From positions 1 through 60,517 of the forward strand of contig JAGLPW010000107.1 of NCBI GenBank assembly GCA_023137125.1: a stretch of DNA of 60,517 nucleotides. The letters are read 5' to 3'. Within the stretch, counting starts at the first letter, position 1. Each line of letters opens with the position of its first letter. The position numbers and the translations under genes are program-made. The stretch is from Candidatus Cloacimonadota bacterium (GTDB taxonomy: Bacteria; Cloacimonadota; Cloacimonadia; Cloacimonadales; TCS61). Below, piece after piece: positions 17,649 through 27,377 of the stretch. The notes beneath the pieces are model-generated. The model made no database searches, was not told where the DNA came from, and saw nothing but the letters and a program-made list of their open reading frames with translations.

Positions 17649-19574
17649 CTATTTGTTTTTCCCTGTATCAATTATTTTTTCTTCATTTTGTAGTTTTATA
17701 TTTCGAAGTACAACCTTTTTTATCTGCTCCAAACGAACAATATCATCTGTGCTAGATAGTGTGTTTTCTTCTTTTGTTATCTCTATTGCTTGAGTTTGGA
17801 AGAGTAAGGCCTGGTGGGATGCACCTAATTGTGAGGCTTTAAGTCCAAAATCCGCAAGAGCTTTAAAACGCTGCCTATTAAAAAATGATCTATCCAATTC
17901 AAAAGTATTAGACGCAAACAGCCATTTGAAATTCTTATTTTTTTCAAAATAATCTGGTGAGTCAGGTTCAAAGTTATCTTGTGTTAATTCTTCAATTTGT
18001 TGCCTTGTCGTAAGAATAATTTTAAGTTCATTATGTTTTCGTTTTTCTGTTACTGTCCCTGTTGCAAAGAAAGTGGAAGCAGATTCAAGCATTTGTTCAG
18101 CTTTGCTAATATCATCAAGATCTAAATAACCCATAGCAGAATTGAGAGAAAGAGTAAAGATCTTGTCTTCTCTTCCTATTTCTGAATATCCTTTTATTAG
18201 GAGACTTTGTAAATGCGGTAGAGGTTGGAAATTTTTGGGATCTATTTCAGCTAACTGTTTAGCTGTACTCAATGCATGTTCCAGTTGAAAGATCCCATTA
18301 TCAGCTCCCCACCTTGACCATTTTTCTCTCTCTGCATAGATCAATCCAAGGACTGTATGAGACCTTTGGATAGCTTCTAAAGCTCCCATCTCATAACTCG
18401 TACCTTTTTCTCTGAATAGCAGATCCTCAAGGTCTTGAAATTTATCCCCATTAGGATCTAACTGAGGATGCTTAGTATAGAGGCTTGCCAATTCCAGAAC
18501 AATATTCATCCTAATAATAGGTTTGTTTGCTAACTCATGATCATAAGAATAAAATCCAGGAGCAATCCATAAAGCTAATTCATATACGTTAGCAGTACGT
18601 ATTATTTCTCCGTTTACATACATATGTGTCCCAACTGCTTTCAATATCGAAGCTGCAACATGACTTCGTAGGAGATTCTCTCCCCACCAATTCAGATTGT
18701 TAGCATTAATTTCTGGATTTCCCACTAATCCGATAAGTTCATTTATCGCTGAAGAAGACCATTCCTGCACAGGTAAAGCTTGAAGACTCTCTTCGTCTAT
18801 CCATCCTTGAAGGGCACTTAACTCTGCCCAATATATTAGTGCTTCCTCCGCCAAGGAGGAATTAGAAATAAAAGAACGATTAATAACTTGGTCAAATCCA
18901 TCTTTAGCCAATTCCGGATGGTTAATTTCCTCAAGATATACACTATATTCAAAAAGTTCATCTATCTGCTCAACTGGTAGTCTTTTATATAGGGTAAGTA
19001 TTTTCCGATGTGCCGTCTCATTTGTTGGATTCAACCCTACTGCCTTCCGATAAGATTCTAAGGCTTGTGATAAATGGTTATTCTCAAGATATAAGTCTCC
19101 GATTGCTATTAAATAACTTTCACGCTTTTCTGTGTCAATCTCTGCAGCCCGATTAAACATATTAACTGCTTCTTCCCATTTTCCTAAGTGCTGAAGCACC
19201 AATGCAAGGTTACTAATAATTTGTACATTATGTGGTTGATCACTTAGAGCCTTATTATAATATTCAGCAGCCACTGTATGGTTAGTCTTCACATCTCCTA
19301 TATCTTTAATCTGATATAAATACCCTAAATTGAAGTTTAGGATTACTCGACATTCAATAGCCTTTTTCTGATTATCGCAGTTCTGAAGGCCTTCTTGTAA
19401 AAGTTGAATTGCCTCTTCCCAACTTTTTTGGTTCACCAAATTTTGTGCTTGCGAGGTTAAAGATCTTGTCTGCTCTATTTCACTTGTTTGAGCAACAATA
19501 TTACTCGTTGCGAAGAAAATAAATGATGATGAAATAAGCAATACATTTATGCAAATTTTTATTTTTAACTTCAT
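17649..19574 (-). CDS. Secreted TPR-repeat protein
   Basis: Signal peptide. Multiple WEEAI/A..YY.KAL-type TPR units in the N-terminal half. Confidence 0.7.
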   Translation of the reverse strand: MKLKIKICINVLLISSSFIFFATSNIVAQTSEIEQTRSLTSQAQNLVNQKSWEEAIQLLQEGLQNCDNQKKAIECRVILNFNLGYLYQIKDIGDVKTNHTVAAEYYNKALSDQPHNVQIISNLALVLQHLGKWEEAVNMFNRAAEIDTEKRESYLIAIGDLYLENNHLSQALESYRKAVGLNPTNETAHRKILTLYKRLPVEQIDELFEYSVYLEEINHPELAKDGFDQVINRSFISNSSLAEEALIYWAELSALQGWIDEESLQALPVQEWSSSAINELIGLVGNPEINANNLNWWGENLLRSHVAASILKAVGTHMYVNGEIIRTANVYELALWIAPGFYSYDHELANKPIIRMNIVLELASLYTKHPQLDPNGDKFQDLEDLLFREKGTSYEMGALEAIQRSHTVLGLIYAEREKWSRWGADNGIFQLEHALSTAKQLAEIDPKNFQPLPHLQSLLIKGYSEIGREDKIFTLSLNSAMGYLDLDDISKAEQMLESASTFFATGTVTEKRKHNELKIILTTRQQIEELTQDNFEPDSPDYFEKNKNFKWLFASNTFELDRSFFNRQRFKALADFGLKASQLGASHQALLFQTQAIEITKEENTLSSTDDIVRLEQIKKVVLRNIKLQNEEKIIDTGKNK

Positions 19575-20446
19575 GGTTCCACATCCTCTTCTTCAACGCT
19601 TAATTCGACTGGAGAAACTGTTGTAATCGCATCTCCGTAATATGGAATATATTTAATAATATATAGTTCCTGCACTTCCATAGGCGTATTTCCCCTAATG
19701 TCCTCCAAATGTCCTTGTTCCTGTATTGCTTCTGTTAAGATTCCCAAATAATATTCATTTAGTACATCATCATTATTTGAATCAAAAACTCCGGTGGCTT
19801 CTATCACAAACCTCCTTTTTATAAGTCCAAATGGCTCACGGAATCCAACCTCAATTAGAAATTGGCTAAAATCATTGATGCCTAAATCTTCTTTAGAGAA
19901 AGGCAAGATCCATATTAAATGATCTCGTATAGATAATGGGTTGTTAGCAATTATGATTTTGCTGAATAATCTCTCTACTAACATGTCTTTCCGTTCAGAA
20001 AGATTGTTGGTAAAAGCAAGTGTAACTTCTCGAATAAAACCACTAACAGTTCCTAAAGGACGATTATACTCTTCCATTGGACGGAATTTCCAATAAACTG
20101 GATCAATTTCTCCAGAAATATGTGTACCTCTAATAGTAACAAAAAAACCAACCTCACGTAGCTGGCTTAAATGAGTAGCTTCTTGTCGGTTATGTAAAGT
20201 AATAATTAAGCTATCCGCACTCTCATTCTCTGTTAAATTTAGAAAGACATAGTAGTCCCGAAGCGCTGTTATAATCTTTTTTGTCGCTTCCTCTTCTATC
20301 CTTTGGATTTGATCTCTAAAATAATCTTGATAATTTCTTTCTGTGATTTTGAATTTGACAGATAATAAAGGTTTCTCTTTTGCTGAGGCCGTAAGAACAA
20401 ACATTAGTATCAAAATAATCAAAAAAAATCTATAATAAAACGTCAT
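19571..20446 (-). CDS. Hypothetical exported protein
   Basis: N-terminal hydrophobic signal or anchor. 4-nt ATGA overlaps with both neighbouring genes. Confidence 0.55.
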   Translation of the reverse strand: MTFYYRFFLIILILMFVLTASAKEKPLLSVKFKITERNYQDYFRDQIQRIEEEATKKIITALRDYYVFLNLTENESADSLIITLHNRQEATHLSQLREVGFFVTIRGTHISGEIDPVYWKFRPMEEYNRPLGTVSGFIREVTLAFTNNLSERKDMLVERLFSKIIIANNPLSIRDHLIWILPFSKEDLGINDFSQFLIEVGFREPFGLIKRRFVIEATGVFDSNNDDVLNEYYLGILTEAIQEQGHLEDIRGNTPMEVQELYIIKYIPYYGDAITTVSPVELSVEEEDVEP

Positions 20447-21378
20447 GGGATTTCCTCCTCAATTAACATGAGAACATCTTGAATCTCTTCAGATCCAATT
20501 TTAAATTTATTACTTGCCTTAATTTTATTTCCCTCAATTAGAAATTTTACCACTATCGTTTTACCTGGAAAAAGTCGTTCCGATGATGGAACTGCTTTCG
20601 GTTGTTGCCAGGTTAATAAGCTTAAAGCTGCAGCAGATTCTTCAACTTTGTCTGCTATTAGCTCTCTTTTCCATTTTTCGACAAATGCATTAGGAATAGA
20701 CACATTATGACCAACTATTATTGATCCTTGTCTTGCATTTGTTTTCGATTCAGCAATTACTGAATCATTTGAAACCACAACAATCTTTCCTTTAGGAAGA
20801 AACAATTGAACACCTATCGGAACACGTATAAGGATTGATGGTGAAATACTCAAATCCTTGACTACCCGAACTTTCTTTCCAACCCAGGGATATAGATCAA
20901 ATGAGTGCCTAAGGTACCCTTCAACTTCTAAATAGAAAGCTTGTCCGAATGGGCTTGTAAATTTGATATATCGAATCACATCATTGGGACCATAAAGTTC
21001 CTTAATGGTATGTTTAGATGGTGAAGAACCCTCTGGAGCTAGGTTTACCTTCATTTTATCCAACATTCCATCCGACATAAGAGTTACAGATGATACAATA
21101 GATCCAACAGTAAAAAATAAACAAAATAAAATAATCAAAATTGGAGTTTTCAGAAAAAAGAAAAACCATGCACGAATTTTTTCTGTAATTTTAGATGTTT
21201 CTTTTTTTGTCAGAATCTGTATTAAAAAGTTAATAATTGCTACTAACATCAAAGGGCCGTTGGCAAGAAATAAATTCGTTACTTTATCTCCAAAATGATG
21301 TATGGACCAAGAATTAATAACGAAAATTAAGAGTGCAAGAAATAACGTCCTTAGCCACAAATTTTCTGTGGATTTCAT
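20443..21378 (-). CDS. Hypothetical membrane protein (about 3 N-terminal TM helices plus a soluble domain)
   Basis: Hydrophobic segments LFLALLIFVINSW, LMLVAIINFLIQIL and ILIILFCLFFTVGSIV. First gene of the three-gene operon. Confidence 0.55.
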   Translation of the reverse strand: MKSTENLWLRTLFLALLIFVINSWSIHHFGDKVTNLFLANGPLMLVAIINFLIQILTKKETSKITEKIRAWFFFFLKTPILIILFCLFFTVGSIVSSVTLMSDGMLDKMKVNLAPEGSSPSKHTIKELYGPNDVIRYIKFTSPFGQAFYLEVEGYLRHSFDLYPWVGKKVRVVKDLSISPSILIRVPIGVQLFLPKGKIVVVSNDSVIAESKTNARQGSIIVGHNVSIPNAFVEKWKRELIADKVEESAAALSLLTWQQPKAVPSSERLFPGKTIVVKFLIEGNKIKASNKFKIGSEEIQDVLMLIEEEIP

Positions 21379-21602
21379 TTTTCAGTTCCCTTCTTTATTT
21401 TAGGTATTAAACACTTCTCTTTTAAATTTCCTTAATAAATACATGTCAATAAAAAAATATCTCGCAAAAACAAGACAGCTGATTATTTATTTCAATTTTC
21501 TTATTCTCATGCTTCAAAATTATTTTAATTGCTTTCATCACTACATCAATCACGGTATTTACAGTATCCTGGATCGCCTCCTTTTTATAATATCAAAAGC
21601 TT

Positions 21603-22922
21603 CTATCCTATATTTTTACTAAGCCATTGAGGAGGTTGAATTTTATTGTTCTGATAAAATCTTTTTAAACGATTATAGTTTTGATCCCCTGGTAATAAAC
21701 CTAAGAATCGTAGAGCATTACCTCCTAAAAAATCGATTATCTCATCATCATTGAAGAGGTTATTTTGTTGTAACATTTTGACATATTCCGTTTTGAAATT
21801 TTTAAAATTTTTTTCTCTTTTGATCACATGCCAATCAATCCCAAATAGCAATTTTTTCTTTATGACCGGATAATCCCGACATATATCTATATAATCAGAC
21901 TGAAAACGATTATGATATTTTTTCGTCATAACTCTGTGATGAGAAACATCTGTGTATAAGTGTTCAAATTCCTGAAGCATCTCACATATTTCTCTAACCC
22001 AGCTTTTTTTCCCATAGTATCCTTGTTTCTTGCTCCATCCGAAGTGAGCAAGATTCAAGTGGAGTTTCTCAAATTGTTTTTGAGAAAGTACATCTCGCCA
22101 AAACTTTGCTCTTCCAAAATCCCAACTTGCTTTATTATATGACTCTATCCCATCCATTACACAATGAGCTGTAATTGGGACATTTTTTTCGATGCAGTAA
22201 TCATATAATTCAGATAGAACATCATCGTATTCAATTCCTTTAAATACATATTTCTTTTTATGGTGAGCAATTTTTTTTCGTTTCTTTTCCACGGTTTCAT
22301 TATTGAAAGGTTTATAGCCCATCGAATTGTATAATTTTACTCCAATAAAACCTCTATTTTCAATAGCATCTTTAACCAAATTTAAAGAACCATATAATTC
22401 TTGCTTACCTTGAGGATCCTCTAATCCTTTACGAAATGCTAATTCCCTGGTCGGATCAAAAGGTACAAAAGGATGTATCTTACCTCCATAAGGTATTATT
22501 ATTTTATCAGCTATATAATCAATTTGTTCTTTCATTGGATTATCTGAACTGGTTTTAAACCAGTACTCATAATCTATCATTAATGGTATATATAAGTCAA
22601 TCTCATCATTTTCGTAAGTTTTTATCATTTCTGCTGTTATGTCATCAACTTCTTTCATCATCGTGGTAACCCAGTGTCTATACTGTTTTCCTAAAAGTTT
22701 GTATACTAATTGTAATGGTAATCTGCAAAGAATACCACCCAAAAACATTTTGTTTTTCTTGGGTTCAAGTTTCCGACGAATACATTTAGCGACCCATGGG
22801 ATGAGAACCCGACCCAGGATTTTTTCCAAACCTTCTTTTGCTTTCCTGGAGAGTAGATATCCTTTTAATGGGATATCTTTAGCATTAAAAATATGTGAAT
22901 GTACGTCTATTACCGGTTTCAT
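21603..22922 (-). CDS. Amidohydrolase-fold metal-dependent hydrolase (family uncertain)
   Basis: N-terminal VIDVHSHIF metal-binding signature, followed by TAHC, NLAHFG and GIDWH. Confidence 0.6.
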   Translation of the reverse strand: MKPVIDVHSHIFNAKDIPLKGYLLSRKAKEGLEKILGRVLIPWVAKCIRRKLEPKKNKMFLGGILCRLPLQLVYKLLGKQYRHWVTTMMKEVDDITAEMIKTYENDEIDLYIPLMIDYEYWFKTSSDNPMKEQIDYIADKIIIPYGGKIHPFVPFDPTRELAFRKGLEDPQGKQELYGSLNLVKDAIENRGFIGVKLYNSMGYKPFNNETVEKKRKKIAHHKKKYVFKGIEYDDVLSELYDYCIEKNVPITAHCVMDGIESYNKASWDFGRAKFWRDVLSQKQFEKLHLNLAHFGWSKKQGYYGKKSWVREICEMLQEFEHLYTDVSHHRVMTKKYHNRFQSDYIDICRDYPVIKKKLLFGIDWHVIKREKNFKNFKTEYVKMLQQNNLFNDDEIIDFLGGNALRFLGLLPGDQNYNRLKRFYQNNKIQPPQWLSKNIG

Positions 22923-22972
22923 TAGATCCTCCTATATATTAGGAATATAACCAAATCCAAAATAGTCGAAAA

Positions 22973-24019
22973 TTATATCCCCAGTGTTTCTTTAAATGCG
23001 ATGAGATCATCATCCTGCCAGAGTGATTTCCTGTATTTTTCTATCTCTTGTGAACCATCATTATACCATTTGATCAATCTGATTTTTGTTTTTTCAATTT
23101 CAATACTTGTTATACCTTTGCTGTATACACCACTACCTGTATTGAAATAACATGGAAGAAGTTTACCGGATTCTTCCAGAGGATTAATATCCCTGCCTTT
23201 TTTCTTTTCCCTTTTTCTTCTAGCTTTTAATTCTTTGATCTTCTTAGATAATTTTTTTCTAGCTGCTTTATCTAAAGAAGTTTGTTTTTTTTCTGCTTGC
23301 TTTAATTGAATCTGTTCATTCAGCCATTTATAATAGGAACGTGAAGCAAAGATCGCTCTGTGAGTATGACCACATATCAGTATTTTTTTATTTGTTTTTG
23401 CCCATTCATAATATACTTTTTCTCTGTCTTTAGGAATTTGTGACTTAGTAGCTGCAGGATCACCACTACCGATTATGCGAATAAAATGCTCTATTTTCCT
23501 ATAATTGCGAACCCAAAATCGACTTGACCATGCTTTTTTTTCTGAGAGTATATCTCCCTGATGACCATGAACAAGGAATATATAATCATCTAATAGAATT
23601 CCTTCTGGATCACCAAATGGCATATCAGCTTTATCTGAAATTGGATCAAATAAACCTGCCCATTCTTTATCATGATTTCCGTAAACACGATGTACTTTAT
23701 TATCAGGAAAATTCTTCAGTAATTCATATATACTTTTATCGTATTTCTTGCGTATTTCATTGTAGTCAAATTGCCAGAATTCTTCAATATCACCTAGTAA
23801 TATGATAGAGAAGTCATTATCCAGGTAATATTTTAAAGCAGAAACCATTGATGATTTGTTGTGTACAAAATTATCAGCTGTTCCTCCGTTACCTAAGTGT
23901 AAATCACTGAAAACCACATATTTATCACTTTCAGAAAGCGGTAATTTTTTCACGCTTTGAACATCGCTAAAATAGAGTGAATTCAGTCGTTCAATGATAG
24001 CATTTTTTTTATTCAACAT
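22973..24019 (-). CDS. Calcineurin-like metallophosphoesterase (LpxH-like motifs) with Lys-rich insertion
   Basis: Motifs FSDLHLG, LGDIEEF, GNHD, HGHQGD and GHTHR. K/R-rich coiled-coil-like segment KKQTSLDKAARKKLSKKIKELKARRKREKKKGR. Confidence 0.8.
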   Translation of the reverse strand: MLNKKNAIIERLNSLYFSDVQSVKKLPLSESDKYVVFSDLHLGNGGTADNFVHNKSSMVSALKYYLDNDFSIILLGDIEEFWQFDYNEIRKKYDKSIYELLKNFPDNKVHRVYGNHDKEWAGLFDPISDKADMPFGDPEGILLDDYIFLVHGHQGDILSEKKAWSSRFWVRNYRKIEHFIRIIGSGDPAATKSQIPKDREKVYYEWAKTNKKILICGHTHRAIFASRSYYKWLNEQIQLKQAEKKQTSLDKAARKKLSKKIKELKARRKREKKKGRDINPLEESGKLLPCYFNTGSGVYSKGITSIEIEKTKIRLIKWYNDGSQEIEKYRKSLWQDDDLIAFKETLGI

Positions 24020-24237
24020 TGCTAACTCCTTATTATAAAAGTTAATATGAATTGTTCAATTATTAAAGCGCCACTTACAGTGCTCGTAGATAGAAAGAAA
24101 ACTTTTCTCATTTTTTACCTCCCAATTCTCGTCAGACAATCTATGGAGTCTGATCTGTTAATATATACATTCTTTATCAAACGCCTAACATCTCAATAAA
24201 CTGAGATGTTCGCAGTATAATCTCTTCCCAATATTTA

Positions 24238-25044
24238 TCAATCAGCAAAGTATTCATTTGCAAAGCCATTATTTATATTTTGCTCAATATCACTTTCCAA
24301 ATCATCCTCCAGCATCCAAAGAAAATCTAATCCTGATCTTTGTTCTACATCATCAACAGTAACTAGATGATCTAATATATTGTAATCTCTTGATGTATCC
24401 TGATCAAAAATAAAAGCGACCACTTTGATGGATCCCGATTGTTCAATACAGATTATCTTCCAGTAGCCACTAGGAACTTTATGAGGTTCGTCACATCGAG
24501 GAAGTGGATCCATATCTCTCTCATATAGGGGACCTGTCATTACATAGGTAGTATTACAACTTTTTACAATATCTCTTACCTTATTTTCCACTCTAACCCA
24601 TGCTCCTTGATTAAGATCAGATTTTTGAGGTGTTATATTACTTAAATAATTAGTATGAGTGGCATACTTCGATCCTTTATATGATGCAAGTGGAGTTTGA
24701 TGTCCTCTGTCTGTATGAAGTGTATCATTTGCATCTTCATAGTCATCGGGATTCGGTTCTAATGTCTCATTCTCATCTAACCAAGGATCTGCTTTCCAAT
24801 TTTTTTTAACAGTTAACTCCCCGTCAACTTCATGCATGGTTAGTCTATAGGCTACCCAATCTGCAAACTTTGTCGAATCATTGTTAGAAAGCGCATAAAT
24901 ATCCCGTACAATTAAATCATTTGTTTCTGGAGTACCATAAGGATAACCATAAAAAAAATGTTTGCAATGTATCTCTGGACGATGTTCTTGTGCACTAACT
25001 GTAATTGCTATCAAGAACGTTAAAATAAAATAGATAGTCTTCAT
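24238..25044 (-). CDS. Secreted DNA/RNA non-specific endonuclease (Serratia NucA / EndoG family)
   Basis: Signal peptide, the DRGHQTP catalytic motif and a downstream N (SNITPQ). Confidence 0.85.
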   Translation of the reverse strand: MKTIYFILTFLIAITVSAQEHRPEIHCKHFFYGYPYGTPETNDLIVRDIYALSNNDSTKFADWVAYRLTMHEVDGELTVKKNWKADPWLDENETLEPNPDDYEDANDTLHTDRGHQTPLASYKGSKYATHTNYLSNITPQKSDLNQGAWVRVENKVRDIVKSCNTTYVMTGPLYERDMDPLPRCDEPHKVPSGYWKIICIEQSGSIKVVAFIFDQDTSRDYNILDHLVTVDDVEQRSGLDFLWMLEDDLESDIEQNINNGFANEYFAD

Positions 25045-25528
25045 AAAGCACTCCTTTGTTAAAATAGTTAGGCAGCAATGAAGATTAAAAGAAGTGCAAG
25101 TTTATTATAAGAGAGTCAGAAGTATATAAGCATATACAAACTTTACACTTCCTTATCTACAAAGGAAGAAATTTCCCTATCTTTTATTTTGTCAATCATT
25201 TCATATAAATTTCATATGAATTATAGTTTGTAAAAGTACTTTTAAGGTCAATGTGAATATGGGAAAGTTCTCTAAAATAAAAGAAAGGTATTTCTCTTTT
25301 CAGAGGGCTGTCAGGAACATATATCTATTGGCAGGGGGTGTCCCCCTTCTTTGGGGGCTTCCAATTCACTAATAGATATCTTAATTCATAATATTAGAGA
25401 ACTAATCTCAGTAACCGATTCATTAAGAACTATCAAATACTATTATTCTTAACACTAAAATGATTTAAAGTAAATATCTTTTATAATTTGCTTAATAAGA
25501 ACAAAAGGAAAACTCATGAAATTAATTT

Positions 25529-25633
25529 ATGGCGTCATAACTCCCAATTTAAAAGTTATGACGCCATAAAATCTCGTAACTATAGGTTGGTTATGCGCCA
25601 CAAAAAAATAGACGCAGCGTACATATGTTACAG
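25529..25633 (+). other. Conserved cassette-array leader A (hairpin, conserved blocks and GTTACAG box)
   Basis: About 85 percent identical to 59611-59714 in three blocks: atggcgYcataactcccaatttaaaagttatgacg, gtaactataggttggttatgcgc and cgcagcgtRcatatgttacagg. Confidence 0.65.
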
Positions 25634-25994
25634 GCAGTTGGGAACATTAAGTCCGGTGTAGAAGTAACTTCGGGTTGAAACTGATTTTCTAAAACTGGAC
25701 AATTTTTGGAAGCCGACAAAAGTCGGAAAATAAGTTTGTATAACGAAAAGGATAACGGAATTTGCGGTGGAAGTTCAGGATAAGCAAATTTTTTGCCAAT
25801 TCGCCGGAAACTACGACCTGTACGTTCAGTGAAAGTTCCAGCTCAAAGTTTTGAAGTTAATTAGAAGATATAAATCGTGGGTTACCTTTACAGGAATTCA
25901 GAGGTGCAATTGTCACAAAATTTGCAAGTGCTCCTCCACTGTTGTTTGGGCAAATTCCATTCCATTTTCTTATTTGTCCGGTGGAAAGAACTGC

Positions 25995-26122
25995 CTGTAA
26001 CAGGCGTATCTGCGGTAGTGCTGGTTTGTTTGTTTTGGTTTGAATCTAACGATTCAAACTTTGGTTAGTTTGCTTAACGCTGGGATCGTAACCGATCCCG
26101 CCGCATACGCAAAACATTATAC
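25995..26122 (+). repeat. attC-like site 0 (128 nt)
   Basis: CTGTAAC-agg-cgtatCTgcgg ... tttgaatctaacgattcaaa ... gggatcgtaaccgatccc-gccgcatacg-caaaac-ATTATAC. Confidence 0.8.
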
Positions 26123-26138
26123 GTTTCAGGGAGTGTAA

Positions 26139-27248
26139 GTGAAAATAAAATTATTGTTAATAATAGTTTTAAGTCTTTATATAGGATTTTTATATTGTTC
26201 TCTTGAAATTACTGAAATCACTGAAACATACAATAATGGAGCAACAAAAAGAGAAGTATTTTATTTAGGTAATAAAAACACGGAAACTATTTATAGAAAA
26301 AATGGGTCAATACATTTCGTAAAGAGGTATATGGGAGGATATTCAAAAATTGGAACATGGATAGAGTACAATAAAGATGAGCGTGCAGTTAAAGCAGGGA
26401 ATTTTATTGTTGGTGAAAAAGAAGATTCTTTTTTAAAAGATATAAAAGATGGATATTACAATGAGTTTTTCGATAAAGATAAACTCTCTTTAACTACTTT
26501 TTTCTTTGAAAATAAAATTAATGGTGTATGGTTAGAATACTATTCAAATGGAAATTTAAAGTGTAAAGGTATTGTTATAGATGGATACTTTGAAGAATTG
26601 GAACATTATAATGAAGATGGCGTAAAACTTAATGTTGAATTAGAAAATGGAAACTATTCTCACACCATATATTTCAATGATATTGGTAAATTTGAATATT
26701 ATTTTTCACGTAAACTAGATTCTGAAAGTTCAATAATTGAAAGTATGGATTTTGGTTATTATGAAAATGGACATTTACGTAGCGTCGAACAAAAAAATGA
26801 ACATACAGAAATTGATCTTACTTTCTGGGATAATGCAAATATTAAACAACTATATAATACCAATTTGAAGTCTGGTATTTCAAACTTAATAAAGTTTCAT
26901 GAAAATGGAAGAGTAAAAGTAAGTGGTTTTTCTCGAGACAATTCTAATATTGGTAAAATATATGAATACTTTGAATCAGGCAAGATAAAGCAAATTGTTA
27001 AATTTCCTAACGAATCAAAAGACCCCTTTGATCTGGAAGAAATTTCAGAATATTACGAAAATGGTAATCTTAAGTATAAACTTTGTTATGTTGAAAAAAA
27101 AGTTTACAAATCTTTTTCATATTATGCTAAAAATGGTGAATTGATTTTTGAATCATCTGAGCAAGATGATATTGAAAAACTAGTTAGAGTATGGTCTGGT
27201 GGAGCTACATACACAATTGAATTTGACGAAACAAAAGTCGGAAAATGA
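26139..27248 (+). CDS. Secreted MORN-variant / YwqK-like repeat protein (cassette 1)
   Basis: GTG start with AGGGAG RBS and a signal peptide. Repeats such as INGVWLEYYSNGNLKCKG, ISEYYENGNLKYK and GKIYEYFESGKIKQ. Confidence 0.7.
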   Translation: MKIKLLLIIVLSLYIGFLYCSLEITEITETYNNGATKREVFYLGNKNTETIYRKNGSIHFVKRYMGGYSKIGTWIEYNKDERAVKAGNFIVGEKEDSFLKDIKDGYYNEFFDKDKLSLTTFFFENKINGVWLEYYSNGNLKCKGIVIDGYFEELEHYNEDGVKLNVELENGNYSHTIYFNDIGKFEYYFSRKLDSESSIIESMDFGYYENGHLRSVEQKNEHTEIDLTFWDNANIKQLYNTNLKSGISNLIKFHENGRVKVSGFSRDNSNIGKIYEYFESGKIKQIVKFPNESKDPFDLEEISEYYENGNLKYKLCYVEKKVYKSFSYYAKNGELIFESSEQDDIEKLVRVWSGGATYTIEFDETKVGK

Positions 27249-27251
27249 AAC

Positions 27252-27377
27252 GTATAACAAGCGTATCTGCGGGTGGGTTCATTATTCTTTCCAGCTTGAA
27301 TCTTACGATTCAAACCTTGTTTTATTTGTTTCGGGGCGTGATCGTTCCGATCCCGCCGCACACGCAAAACATTAGCA
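27252..27377 (+). repeat. attC-like site 1 (126 nt)
   Basis: GTATAAC-aa-gcgtatctgcgg ... ttgaatcttacgattcaa ... gatcgttccgatc-ccgccgcacacg-caaaac-ATTAGCA. Confidence 0.8.

Noticed and set aside
24019-24027. GTTAGCA (minus strand) immediately upstream of the phosphoesterase start codon, resembling a cassette R' box
   Set aside because: There is no attC-like arm upstream of it, and the RBS would be split from the gene. It is judged a coincidence.
25571-25600. Leader block gtaactataggttggttatg resembles the real junction aataactatggggtggatgatg at the tRNA-His 3' end, which would make the leader a tRNA-His remnant
   Set aside because: The resemblance is suggestive but short and gapped. Leader B lies far from any tRNA. 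It is not claimed and would need genome-wide comparison.
25877-26068. 63-aa GTG-initiated ORF in cassette 0
   Set aside because: Its 3' half is the attC-like site itself, and it has no RBS, so it is not called as a CDS.
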